Of a stretch of DNA of 35,408 nt, positions 11,767 to 23,456 are shown one piece after another; position 1 is the first letter of the stretch, and each line of letters begins with the position of its first letter. The position numbers and the translations under genes were made by a program. The notes below the pieces were generated by a model, which was not told the DNA's origin, ran no database searches, and was given only the letters and a program-made list of their open reading frames with translations. This stretch comes from Lenisia limosa (taxonomy: Eukaryota > Protista > Breviatea), in the NCBI GenBank assembly GCA_001655205.1, contig LPNZ01008298.1:1-35408 (forward strand), in the 5' to 3' direction.

Positions 11767-11832
11767 TTCCTACCTGTAGTTAATAGACCGACCATGCCAC
11801 TTCCTACCTGTAGTTAATAGACCGATCATGCC
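11767..11832 (+). repeat. 33-bp tandem duplication
   Basis: CTTCCTACCTGTAGTTAATAGACCGA(C/T)CATGCC x2. Confidence 0.9.
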
Positions 11833-13019
11833 CCTTCGTAACATAGACGACTTCCTCACGGCACGCTGATAGTCTCGGACCTTGCTCAATCTGGATATTA
11901 GATAGAATAGATCCTCATTCTTTTGGTTTATTTATCAATCCCTTATTACGTTGACAAATCTTGTGTTTTGATACACTACCCCCAACCTGACTAATGATCT
12001 GCTGCGCCACCGCATCTAGTTGACCTGGGTTGAAGCCGGTTTGCATGGCGTCATAGATCATCGCAAACGCCTCAACCTTTGAGCCCCTATAGTGTCAAGA
12101 AGCCAGCTACCTCAATACTTGGTTCTCCTTTCAGTCAATAATATCTTTATCATTTAAGGTCCTCCAAAGCCTTCCTAATAGCTCCTGTGATTTCATTTGT
12201 GTTCATTCTCTTGTGTTTTCTGCATGTATAGCTTTAGGGTTAACTGCGCCCCCNNNNNNNNNNCCGGTTTTAACTATACTATATTATATGCAATATTATT
12301 ATTACCCTTTTTATATTTATTTCTCCAATCTCTTCGAGTTCCACTATTGACTGAGTCCCACGCACTTCCCAAGCCAAGGAGGAGTTACACCAGCGCATTT
12401 ACCTGAGATATAATATGAAGAATATACTCATTATCTATTATACGGTACACGCTACATCACGACTTATGATGTCAAATATACTTCATATTGATGAAGAAAA
12501 TCCCAGCCTAAGCCAAATTTTTGAAAGAGACTGTCAGGATCAGGGTATTTGGCCCTGCGGAGGTCGTGTCGAGCAGCAATAAACCATGTAGCTTGTTTAC
12601 AGATCCATGGCCAGTCCACTTGTCAGCTGACGCCACCGTGGCTGTGTCCCAAATGATGTTCGCATTTTCTGCAATATCAATATTGCAATGTGAACAGAGA
12701 AAACCCCGTTCACATTATTACAATTATAAAAGCATTGCCCTCCCCCGCACTCCCTTGGTACGCCAATACCGTATGCAATGCCAAAGACATGAGAACCGTC
12801 TGCTGATTGGTAGAGGTAATTGTCGTTGATTCTGGGGGAAGGGGGTAAAATGTGAAAAAACAACATAACCGCTTCTTATCAACTCAATGTATCCAATTCC
12901 AATAATATGAAACAGTGTAAATAAAAAATGTTACAAAATATGATATGGAACACAAATAGGTAGTATCAATATGCAATTATTATTAATCATAAAGCTATGT
13001 CATATTGCAAAAGAAAGGT

Positions 13020-13140
13020 CCGATACTTTTTCAATGAACAATTGTCTTGAAAGATCATCATATAAAAATATCATAAACTATTATAAAATAACTGTGTCAT
13101 AACTTTTTCAATGAACAATTCTTGAAAGAGCATCATATCA
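13020..13140 (+). repeat. Direct repeat of 11416-11540
   Basis: TCCGATACTTTTTCAATGAACAATTGTCTTGAAAGA... shared. Confidence 0.85.
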
Positions 13141-13204
13141 TATTATATGATATAAATATTATATAATATACTCTATCATATGTAGTAGTATATCATATGA
13201 TATA

Positions 13205-14679
13205 CAGTGCCCGACATAAACATTGGCAAAAAGATTTTTTTGATAACTTTTCGCAATTTCCACTGTTTTTAGTCAAAAAGTAACCATTTTGTACAAAAAA
13301 AGTGTTTTATTTAGTTTATAAACATATCAATCAAATATATATGTAACATATATGGTAACTCCTGGAAGAATTACAAAAATCATATATATTTTGAAAATAC
13401 CTAAATTGGACATGTCAAAACCATCAAAAACATCAATTTAGTCGGTCCACCATTAGCGTCAATAACTGCTTGGCAACGTCTTCCCATGGACGAAATAAGG
13501 TTCTGAGTCTCAGCGGTGGTGGTTTGGGACCATGCCGCTTGCAGTTTCTCCATCATGTCGGCCTCAGATGTTAGTTTGACACTAGATGCACGAAGTTTGG
13601 CGTCCAGAAGCTGCCAGGTATGTTCAATGGGGTTGAGGTCTTGTTGAACAATAGCACGCTTCAGTTGGATATGAGAGATACACATCTGAAATAATTACAA
13701 ATTTTCTTTAAATTTTGTGATAATATCAGAATGATTTTGTCAAGTCATATTAAGAGAACCAGACAATGAAAAACGACTTTATGAAAACAGTTAAAGCTAG
13801 GCTTTTCAAAAAGTACAGGATTACTCAAATCAACTTCGTATTGATGCAATTGAAGCTGAAGGTATTTTCGTCACTGAGATGCTTATGCGGCGCCGACTCA
13901 ACAATGCTGACTTCTATTGTTTCAAAGCTCGTAAGAAGCCATGGATCTCCCAAAAGAACCGTCTACACCGTCTTCAGTGGTCTCGTGAAAGAGTGAACTG
14001 GACCAATGCTCAGTGGTAGAGTCATGTGGACTGATGAGTCCAAGTTCCAACTTTTCAAGCCAGATGGAAATACCCGCGTGTGGAGAAAGAAGGGTACTGC
14101 CTGGGATATCGTTCACATCATCCCAACTGTCAATTAGGTGGACGTGTTCTCGTCTGGGGTGCAATCGGCAAAGGAGGCGTTGGCAAGTTGTACCAGATTA
14201 AGGGCATTATGAATAAAGAAGTGTATCGTCAAGTCAAGGATGTATTACCACTTCGAAATTGTTTAACCCAACGATAGACACTTCGTTGTGAAATTTCATG
14301 GACAGAATTCTTGATAATTCTCCAAATTTTGGCAGGATTCAAGCCAGCTCGGCATAAACCGCAAACTTCCCCCTTAACAATATGGTGACTAACTGATGAA
14401 TATTTCCCCATATTTGAGTGAAAATGTAAAATATGGAATGAAATCAAAACAGAAAACTGTTATACTCAGGATGATGAAGATATTCATGTTAGTATTTTGG
14501 AAAATATTATATATTTCAAAAAGTGCAGTTAGAATTTCACAAAAAAATGGTCCAAAAAAGTGCAAAATAAAAATTTGCGAAAGGTCACCCTATTAATTTT
14601 GTATTTTCTGATTTTTTTAAAAAATATAAAATCTAACACTTTTTTGTACAAAATGGTTGCTTTTTGACTAAAAACGGTG
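13205..14679 (-). mobile_element. Tc1-family transposon relic with the middle of the transposase inverted
   Basis: Left end TA|CAGTGCCC. Inner TIR 13261-13310 is inverted at 14635-14679. N-terminal HTH on minus (14411-14232), KARKKPWISQKNRLHRL..VMWTDESKF..GRVLVWGAI on plus (~13750-14232), QQDLNPIEHTW..SMGRRCQAVIDANGGPTK on minus (13738-13438). Confidence 0.9.
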
Positions 14680-14747
14680 TAGGTATTCCACGCTATTCTG
14701 AAAAAATATCATATGATATAATATTACATATGATATATATATATATA

Positions 14748-15644
14748 GTTAAAACCGCGAACATGATTAAAACCGCGAACAAAAAGGAGGCTTNNNNNNN
14801 NNNNNNNNNNNNNNNNNNNNNNNNNNNNNNNNNNNNNNNNNNNNNNNNNNNNNNNNNNNNNNNNNNNNNNNNNNNNNNNNNNNNNNNNNNNNNNNNNNNN
14901 NNNNNTCAGTAAAAACACTGATTATGGGCCAAGAATGTCCCTGCGATAATGTAAAGACGTTCTTGCACCATGAGATTTGATTTTTTCCACTCTTGAGTAA
15001 CCTAGAGGCATTTAAGTAGAGAATACGAGACAAATTGGGCAAAAAATGAGCGTAAATTACCGATAAATGGGCGAAAATATGATAGAAGATGTTAATAAAT
15101 CAAGCGAATTTAACTCTTACCTTTTGTGCCGTTCCAGAACGGTAAATGGGTTATTGACGCAGTATATACTTTAATCAGACGTCTATTTCGTCCATTGGCT
15201 CTATTATAGAGACTGAACAAGGAAAACTCTTGAAAAAACCGTTACAAAAGTTGACTTAAATACCTCAAAACCACTACATTTTCTCCAAAAATGGACTTCA
15301 GATTCGAATTCTCCTTAAAAAATCGCGTTTCTATGGTGGGGCACTTTAATAGGCTCAAAATGCTATTATTCTGAAAGAGGGGGGTTTCAAAAAATATTTT
15401 CGCGTAAAAGAAACTGGGTGACCCTGACCGGGTCGATTCTGATCAAAAGATCTTTTTTTTTCGATTTTTTTATCTCCTCTTTTTTTTTTTCTTTTTGCTC
15501 ATAATTTCTTTGTTTTGATGTTATTGATAGTCTAGTACTCAAAACTGCCGAATTTCACACTAAAAAGGGTGTTATTGAAGCGATTTATGTCGATTTTTGG
15601 CTTGTTCGCGGTTTTAATCATGTTCGCGGTTTTAACCACCAACC
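14748..15644. mobile_element. Non-autonomous or deleted element bounded by inverted family-A TIRs
   Basis: GTTAAAACCGCGAACATGATTAAAACCGCGAACAA at 14748 and its reverse complement ending ...AACCACCAACC|TA at 15644. An N gap at 14793-14905 lies inside. Confidence 0.7.
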
Positions 15645-15676
15645 TATATTATATATTAGTATATATAATTATTATA

Positions 15677-15798
15677 TGCTCGAGTTCCTAAACTATGTCG
15701 TTAATTCGAACTGTTTTAAAGGGGAATAGCTGATTTGGCGATCGTAATTAATTAACGACATTAATTCGAATTAACAACAGAATTTTGGACCTTGAGCA
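15677..15798. mobile_element. 122-bp TA-flanked MITE
   Basis: TA|TGCTCGAGTTCCTAAACTATGTCGTTAATT ... AATTAACAACAGAATTTTGGACCTTGAGCA|TA, imperfect TIRs. Confidence 0.7.
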
Positions 15799-16316
15799 TA
15801 TGATATACTATATGAAAGGTGACATTGAGTTTCAAAAGTTGATCGTGTCTTCAAAGTTGTCAACTTCACTTTTGCCTTTTTCCTCCAAGCTTGATACCCA
15901 CTCTTCCCGTTCTCCACCCGCAACCATTTTGAAACAGGAAATAGAAAAGAATGCAACAGGTAAGGGCAAAAGGGTTGATGAGCTGACATTAATTGGTTAG
16001 ATTATTAAGGCTATCTAAAGTCGAAAAGACCAGAATTTGCCAGAACCATATAAATAGGACTTGTTTAAAACGCGGAGAGAGACAAAGGTGAAATGTTGAA
16101 GCAGTTGAAAAACACTATCAGAAGACTTAGTACATCTAGCCCAGTAGAATGAACCCCAATTTCTCTTACAGGATAACAATGGTCAGCCAACNNNNNNNNN
16201 NNNNNNNNNNNNNNNNNNNNNNNNNNNNNNNNNNNNNNNNNNNNNNNNNNNNNNNNNNNNNNNNNNNNNNNNNNNNNNNNNNNNNNNNNNNNNNNNNNNN
16301 NNNNNNNNNNNNNNNC

Positions 16317-16391
16317 TGCACTCAGTCTCTGCCCGGCCTACTGCTTGTTGGAAACTCCAACGGCTCGATAGAGGTCCTCAAGCAGGCATAA
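16317..16391 (+). CDS. Possible last exon of a WD40-like protein
   Basis: PGLLLVGNSNGSIEVLKQA* resembles a WD40 blade. Upstream sequence is in an N gap; a candidate 28-nt GT-AG intron lies at 16144-16171. Confidence 0.3.
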   Translation, partial: CTQSLPGLLLVGNSNGSIEVLKQA

Positions 16392-17109
16392 ATTCTAAGG
16401 TTTATCTTTTTTCGATTGATACCCCCGAGTGGGGGGATGTTTTTTTCTAGTTTTCTACGCACTCCATTTGTTCGATTTTGTGGTATTGTTGTTAGCCAGT
16501 GTATTGTATTTATTCGAGATGTCGAGATGTTGATGCATTTCCTTCTATTTCTTGGAAGCGGGGGTGAGGGAAGAACAATTTGGAGGCCTTGGTAGCGGGG
16601 GATTCTCTTGCACTTGCTTGAAACTTGAGAACGCGGAAAAGTCGGTTTGACAACTTTCCGGGTCTGGAACCAGAGAGGAGGACCCGGCGGCGGATCGGGA
16701 AAAATGTACTTGCTAAGAAGAATAAACACACTTGTTTCAATAACTGGTCATAATCACATACCTCCTTTTTGGGACCTCATTCGACCATGTTACACTGTTC
16801 TGAAAGTGGCTCTCTATTTTCATAGTTGTAGTTAAAATCACACATTATACTCGAAACCGGTATTTTTTAAAAGAAATTACGATGTAATCAGCAAAATAAG
16901 ACCCCTTTTTACACTGGTACAAGTTCCCCAACCCCAGACCCCAGGGCCACCCCCCTGTGGTTTTGGTGGTTTTGGTGTGGTTTGCTCGTTTGCTTTGGGT
17001 TGAGTTGTTGAGTTTGTGTTCAGGTTGTGTTCAAAGTGTTCAAGTTGTGTTGCAGTTGGGCAGTTGGGTCCGAATTGGGTGTGAGTCTGTGAGTTGGGTT
17101 TCAGCAAGA

Positions 17110-17771
17110 ATGAGAACCAGAGCAACATCTCAGTTTCGTATTTTTTACGAAAGAGGAGATCTGCCAATTGCTGTTGAGCATAGAGCTCTTGGTAATAAAG
17201 TGTGCCAACTTTTTTTGTTATTTAGATTCAGTGGAAGGTCGAAATTGAAAAGCTTGATTATCACCATTATTTGCCAATATTCTTTGATGGGCTGAGGGAA
17301 ACAGATGTACCAGAATGTTTTATTATTATTTAGGAGCCATACAAGTTCCTTGCAAGACAAGGAGTTGAAGATTTGCTCAACAATGGGGGGCAAAAGATTG
17401 AGCTTGTGATTCCTCAACTTATCATTCCATTGAAACAGGCATTGAATTCAAAAAATATTCATATCATTTGTTCAACCCTCCAAGTTATTCAACAACTTGT
17501 TCTGAGTAGTGAAATGGTGGGAAGATTACTGGTGTCGTACTACAGACAGCTACTACCTGTTTTCAACGTTTTTAAGAACAGTAATAAAAATATTGGTTTT
17601 TTTTCAAAGTTCTTATTTGGGGACAATATTGACTACAGTCAACAAAAACGAGAAAATGTTGGTGACTTGATCCAAGAGACCCTTGAGCTACTTGAACTTC
17701 ATGGGGGTGAAGACGCTTTTATAAACATTAAGTACATGGTCCCAACATATGAAAGTGTTGTCCTCAACTAA
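17110..17771 (+). CDS. PACRG: Parkin co-regulated gene protein (axonemal inner-junction protein), 3 introns: 17200-17225, 17307-17333, 17596-17619
   Basis: Spliced product [136 protein letters not shown]. An upstream exon is not excluded. Confidence 0.97.
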
Positions 17772-19419
17772 TCTTTTGTATATTCTTCAATGTAGAAAAA
17801 ATGTGATATTTTGAGCAATTTTTTTTGAAAGAGGGTTACACCATACTGAAATGGAAAGATAACAGTGTATCGGAAACAAATCGAAACAAACTGGCCACTC
17901 TCTACATAAATTGATAAAATAAGTACGTTTCAACCCCAAAAATTGCCAAACAAAAAAACATGGTGATGTGATCACTAGACATTGGTGGTTAGCCAGTACC
18001 CCCAGCTGCTGCTGGGTTCTCGGCACTTCCCTGGACGCCGGCGGGTATATTCTCGGAAAATTAGTCTCTTCCGCTCAAGTTACTTATTTCGTAGTTTTTA
18101 CACTCTATATTTCTAATTCCCTTCTCAGCTAGTTCTCTGGGCTTGTCATAAAAGACATGTTTGGTTGGGGAATCCCTCTTCATGACTTCCCTATCGTATT
18201 CTGTTGTTAATTGTCAACACTTACGTCAAATTCTACAGGCTCTCCTCCCTCACGATTGTTTCCTTTGTGATCTCTCCTTTTTTTCCTAACCTCATCACCG
18301 CAGGTCATTGAGGGACCTCAATTTGAGGACCCGGTCCCCATATGCTTCGATGGAGGTTGTTTAATGCCTAGACTTCCAGGACTGCATTCTGTAGACCACG
18401 AAGGCAAGTCACCCTCTTCCCCATCGACTCAAATGTTATTCTTTCGTTTCTTCAAATGTTACTCCACCCCCGCCAGACCTTTTGTAATCAATATTATATC
18501 TTTGTGATTAATTATAATATTTGTATTATCATACAAACATGTACCTTTCTCTCTCTACTCTGATACGTTAGGTTCAAGTAGCTCCGCACCTTTTGCCGAA
18601 TTGCGTGCATGGTGCACCGTGACTCCTCCAGACAGAAGGTCCTCTTTCTAAGCGATGACTATGTTACTCGGCGAGAATGGTGAGAAAAGACTATGCTTAC
18701 CTGGATTTTATATTTAGTATTCTTTATTCATTTTTTTTAGCTCCGAAGATAGCAACTGACCGTCAAATTAAATTTTTCAATGATCTCCTCAAGAAGCTCG
18801 CTGAAACGTCGCTAAAAGTTAGTTTTCAGATGTTTGGGGTGTCACTTTTTTGTGTGCTTATATGAATGGATTGGAGCTTTTGTTGATAATATTCCCGGTA
18901 GGCACATCGTGGATCGAAAGAGCCGTTCGCTTATAAGCTGCCTCATTGACGTCTTGGACACAGCGCGGGCTCTGATGGGGCAGTTTGGTATCAAAGGTTA
19001 GCCGTATCAAAGTGGGGTTAAAGCGCCTTTTTTAGTAGCCAAGTAGGACAAGGATCAGTTTAAGTCGGTTTTTGGGAATGGTCAAATATTTTTTTTAAAA
19101 AAAGGAATTCTCATTTTCTTGAGTAATCACCCTTCATTTTCTTTTCTCTCTGTACTCTTCATTTAAGAGGTATCAGTCGCCTAACCCATATCCAAACAAC
19201 AATACTTACAACTTGTATATGATATATAATATAGATTTACGCATCAGAAGTAAGCTGAAAGATACACTATTTGAAAAATCGTTCTTTTCTGATCTTGCCC
19301 CTCTTCCCCTTCTCGGCAGTCTTTTAGAAATAGAAAAAGGGAAGACTTTTTTTGCAAGTATCGAGAAAATTCCCAAATAAGCCATTTAATTTAACCCCGC
19401 TTAAATGAACACTTATAGT

Positions 19420-21480
19420 TTTAGAAGAATCTGAAGGCAACAGAAACCGGATGGGCAAGCTTGTGCAGTTCAAGGTCCCTGCCACAGAAGGCACAGTCGC
19501 AGCGTCTACAGCTAATGCCAACAGTGCGGTGACGTATGCTGTCGTACGTTCCCTTTTGGCTTGTAGCGTTCTTCCGCTTGACGATCCGAGCTTCGATGCT
19601 GACGCGGATGGAGTTTACATGGGAATAATCTTCTCTTTTGCGTTTGCTGTAGCAAATGATACTTCTGCTAACACTTCAGACTTGTTTAGGTAGGTATCAG
19701 CCATTCTTCCGTGATTCCTTTTTTTAAAAAACTTAATCAACTAGAGATGTAATTGTCTGGTTTGTATTACTTGTGTGAATGATGGAGACGTGCCATCGTT
19801 TCGTGTTTTATGTTTTTCCTGTACCAGTAGTAATGTTAATGTTTGTGTTCTTCCATTTCAAGAAGCATTGTGTAGAGTTCAATTCCANNNNNNNNNNCTA
19901 CATGAATACTACAGCGCTAAATATTATTGATGAATCTGCTCATGTTGCCCCTTCCCAATACTTTTTGCGTCCTGCAAGCAATGGAATGATCGCCTTGTTG
20001 GCGAACTCAATATTGTCACGATCTCCACCCTAAGGCAGGTAACACTCAATAAAGCCGAGGATATGTCAGCAAAATCCCCACCCCCCCCCTCTACACAATC
20101 TATCTATTGGACTTACAAAAACTATTTACCTTGATAGCAAGCATGAAATTGGTAAAGTGCAGGGAAAGCAAGCGGCCTGAAGGGGTATCCCGAACTGAGT
20201 AGCCACTGGCCACATGGGCAATGGGGAATTTGGCAAAGTGGAGTTTTGAAAGTCTTGAATTAGTATAATACACATACAGAACTTTGTTAGTGACACTCTA
20301 GCAGTATTAAGGATCATCACCATCCTGTCATATTTCGGCATTTTGTTCCCGTCGAACTCCATAGGCCCCCCATTGGCGGAGCAGACATTGAAGAGCAAAT
20401 CTGGTTACATCAAAAAAGGAACCTTCGTATTCTCTGCAGATACCTGCCCCAAAGTGCCAAAGGGTGTGGAAGAGCCCCAAGCCCGACTTTGTCAAAAAAA
20501 AAATAACTTTAGTGGGCTGGCACACATCCTTGCCCTGGACAACCTTGGCGGACTCCTCAATTGACATGGAGCCCACATCACCAATTCTACTCTATTAGAC
20601 ACCGCCCCCAATGTAATATGAATACCTACCCCCCAACCGGATGGGAAGTGACCCAAGGGCGGATATCGATTCCGCAAGGGATTTGATCAGCTGGTTGAGC
20701 TTGATTGAGCCTGGGGAAAGATGTGGTTATATCCAAAGAATGAAACAGCATACCGTTAATTGTCCCTTCATTCTCATGAATGAGAGCTTGGTTGCGAATG
20801 AGGGTTTGTTTTGAGCTTTGGGTGTTGAAGTAGTGAGCTGAACAATTACTCTTTGGAATCCGATAAGAGTATAACAATTACGTTGAGGGTGATAAAGTTC
20901 CAAAATCATACGATATAATGGTAAAATATGATGAGTGATAAACTATTTGTGTGATCTTCTAAATATACTAATAAGCATAATTACACAACCAACTTTGAAA
21001 TGAAGCTCTGGTTCACATTCCAAATCATTAGTGTCCTTTATTTCACCATCTTTGGGCATCTGACTTGTTATGAAGGATGTAAATGGCTTGAATAATGATC
21101 ATTATACCAGTGACAATCCTTTCGCTTAGTTATTATTATGAAGTTGGTTGTTGTCATGTAGGTCGGTTGGTGGTGGTGGGGAGCAAGGGGAGTGAAAGTG
21201 CCTTTAAAAAGTAATACACCCCCTACTTTGAATTTTCTGAACCAGCCTTTGATATACCCTGTTATACAGCCTCACGGCTGAATCACTGTTCTTTTTAGAA
21301 TTTGTTGAATGTACAGTCCACAAATTTATCCTTGTTTCTGCTAATCTCTATAGCCACCGTTGACAAAGCTACTCTTGCCAAAGAAGCTGGAGATTATCTC
21401 AAAACACTCGGTGAAGCGACCATCAAAGTAAGACTTGAGGTCATGATGCTCTCTTGCCAATCATAATGCTGCATGAGGCT
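19420..21480 (-). pseudogene. Second, heavily decayed piggyBac-like transposase
   Basis: Minus-strand remnants in expected order: FEIISSFF, LYHPQRNCYT-LIGFQ..QNKPSFATKL, KVIFF(D), GGDRDN..RKKYW, and a C-terminal SCRRCDCAFCGRDLELH Cys/His cluster. Many stops and frameshifts. Confidence 0.5.
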
Positions 21481-23456
21481 CCCACAAGAACCTCTTATTT
21501 TCATTTTAGAAATATCTCCAAAAAGTCCAACTGTTCTTCAAATATGTCAACAGAAAGCGATGCGCTAGTCTGGTAGATTATATACAATATTTATTTCTTT
21601 GCGGGACCGGCAAACCCCTCTAAAACCCAATCATTTTTTATAATATTTTTTTTTTGCTTTTTTCTTAGTTTAAATCTCCTTTTCAGCATATTTTCCACCT
21701 GTTTGATCTCCAAAATGGGAATATTCAATTATGGTCCTGGTTATAACGAAGAGTTAAGCCTCAAATGGGCTCCCCCCCAATAATCATTGTTTTTATTGTG
21801 TCTCCCCCCCACACTCAAAATGGGCTTTTTTATGAGCATTGTTTTGATTGTGTTTTCTTTGTAGATACAGACCCAACAAGTAATCAGAGTAGAGACAACA
21901 AACAAAACATGTCAGCTTGGACAAAACTCATTAAATATAATATGTATCCCAATCATTATTCGAAGAGAAACATGTATATTCTACCATCAATAGAGCACAA
22001 AACAAAAAAAAATAAGACCCCCATTTCTTCTTCTTCTTTGGGTTAATAGCCCTGGCCTTAGCTACACGGCACTTGGCATTAGTTGTCAGTTCCTTGACAC
22101 CCTCCACATTCTCAAAGAAAAACTAATATAATCAATACAAATTTTATAAACCTTTGGGCCGCAGGAGAGGCCATGAGCAGAATCAATTCGTTTTTTGCGA
22201 AGCACAGTCTCCTTTAGGTCATCTTCGGCAGCAACGAGTTCGCCCGGCTTCAGTAAAAAAACGCTCTCGCCCTACTCAAATGATGTAAATCAATACTAAA
22301 TACAAATATTTACTGGGGATAAGAACTATGGCATAGAAAATAAGACCAACAACGACACCACAAAAAACCTACCAGCAGCGTTCATGCTCCGGACAAGGTC
22401 CATTCGGTGCAAGAATCTTGAGAATAATGAGGGGTGGGGGAGGGGCATATCATTCACAACCAGAAAACTGAGCATACCAGTAGCCTCAATCTCAGCCTTC
22501 GCCTGACCAACTGCCTGTTTCCTCTCAACATCTAGTATCTCTCTCTCCTCCGAGCACCGTTCCGCCAATGATGCCATGCTACGACGTCGGCAGATTTCGA
22601 CAGCGTGGCATGTTTTCAATGACGGAAGCTACATCAGTCAACATCGTTAGCCACCACAAATCCAAAACTTGAAGTTCCTTATTATTTAGAAAAATTAAAC
22701 TGTGTGAATTGGTACAAATTTGTTCTCCGCGAGAGACATAAAAGGTGCTTACCTCTTCTGGAAGAACCGATAGCGGACTGTCCGGGCGAAGCCTGAGATC
22801 GTTTTGATCTTTGACCAACAACAAAATGTCAAAGGCGTCCACACCATCACAATATGAAGAGATATTGGATTATAGTATTTCCCAATCCTTCTAATACATA
22901 ATATACACATTATATCTTACAAACCTTCGGCGGCAGAGTTGGCCCTTCTGACTATGGGCCTTCAAAAGCTCAAATCAAAGGTTCCTTACTTTCCAACATC
23001 ATTGTGGTCAACGTTATCGCCTGAAAGAAGTCAACGGAGGCTTTCGAATAAAAATTGACAACATAGTTGTGTGTGGCTTCATGTCTCAGGGTCCTCAGGA
23101 GATAGGCTGGAGTGTGGGATTCGATAAAATGAGGAATGATATCCTTTGATACAGCATCTGTGAATACTATCTCTACACTAATAACACTGAACTAATAAAA
23201 TAATCAGCTTATATCTATATTCTCGTTTTTCCACCGGTTTTCCTGTTTTCTTTCCTTTTTAATATTAATTAATCTTTTTTCGCCAAAAGGAGTAAGAGGG
23301 GTGATTTTTGGCAAAAGCAGGAAAAGTGGTGGGGGAACGCCGCCAGATCCGTAACCAGATCCCTGGATCCCATCAATTTCTGGGAGTTTCAGCCCCTTTG
23401 GGGTTTGGGTTCAGTTTGGGTTGTTTAGTACATGCTTTCCAGAAAAACTGAATACT

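Noticed and set aside
16317-16712. Minus-strand frame interrupted only by four TAG codons, suggesting UAG reassignment
   Set aside because: Another frame on the same strand is fully open. No TAG occurs in the PACRG or ELF1 coding sequences, and TAG appears to end other ORFs (408, 28930). Best treated as chance.
18330-18370. ICFDGGC as an RNase H motif
   Set aside because: Isolated, with no other RNase H or RT motifs in register.
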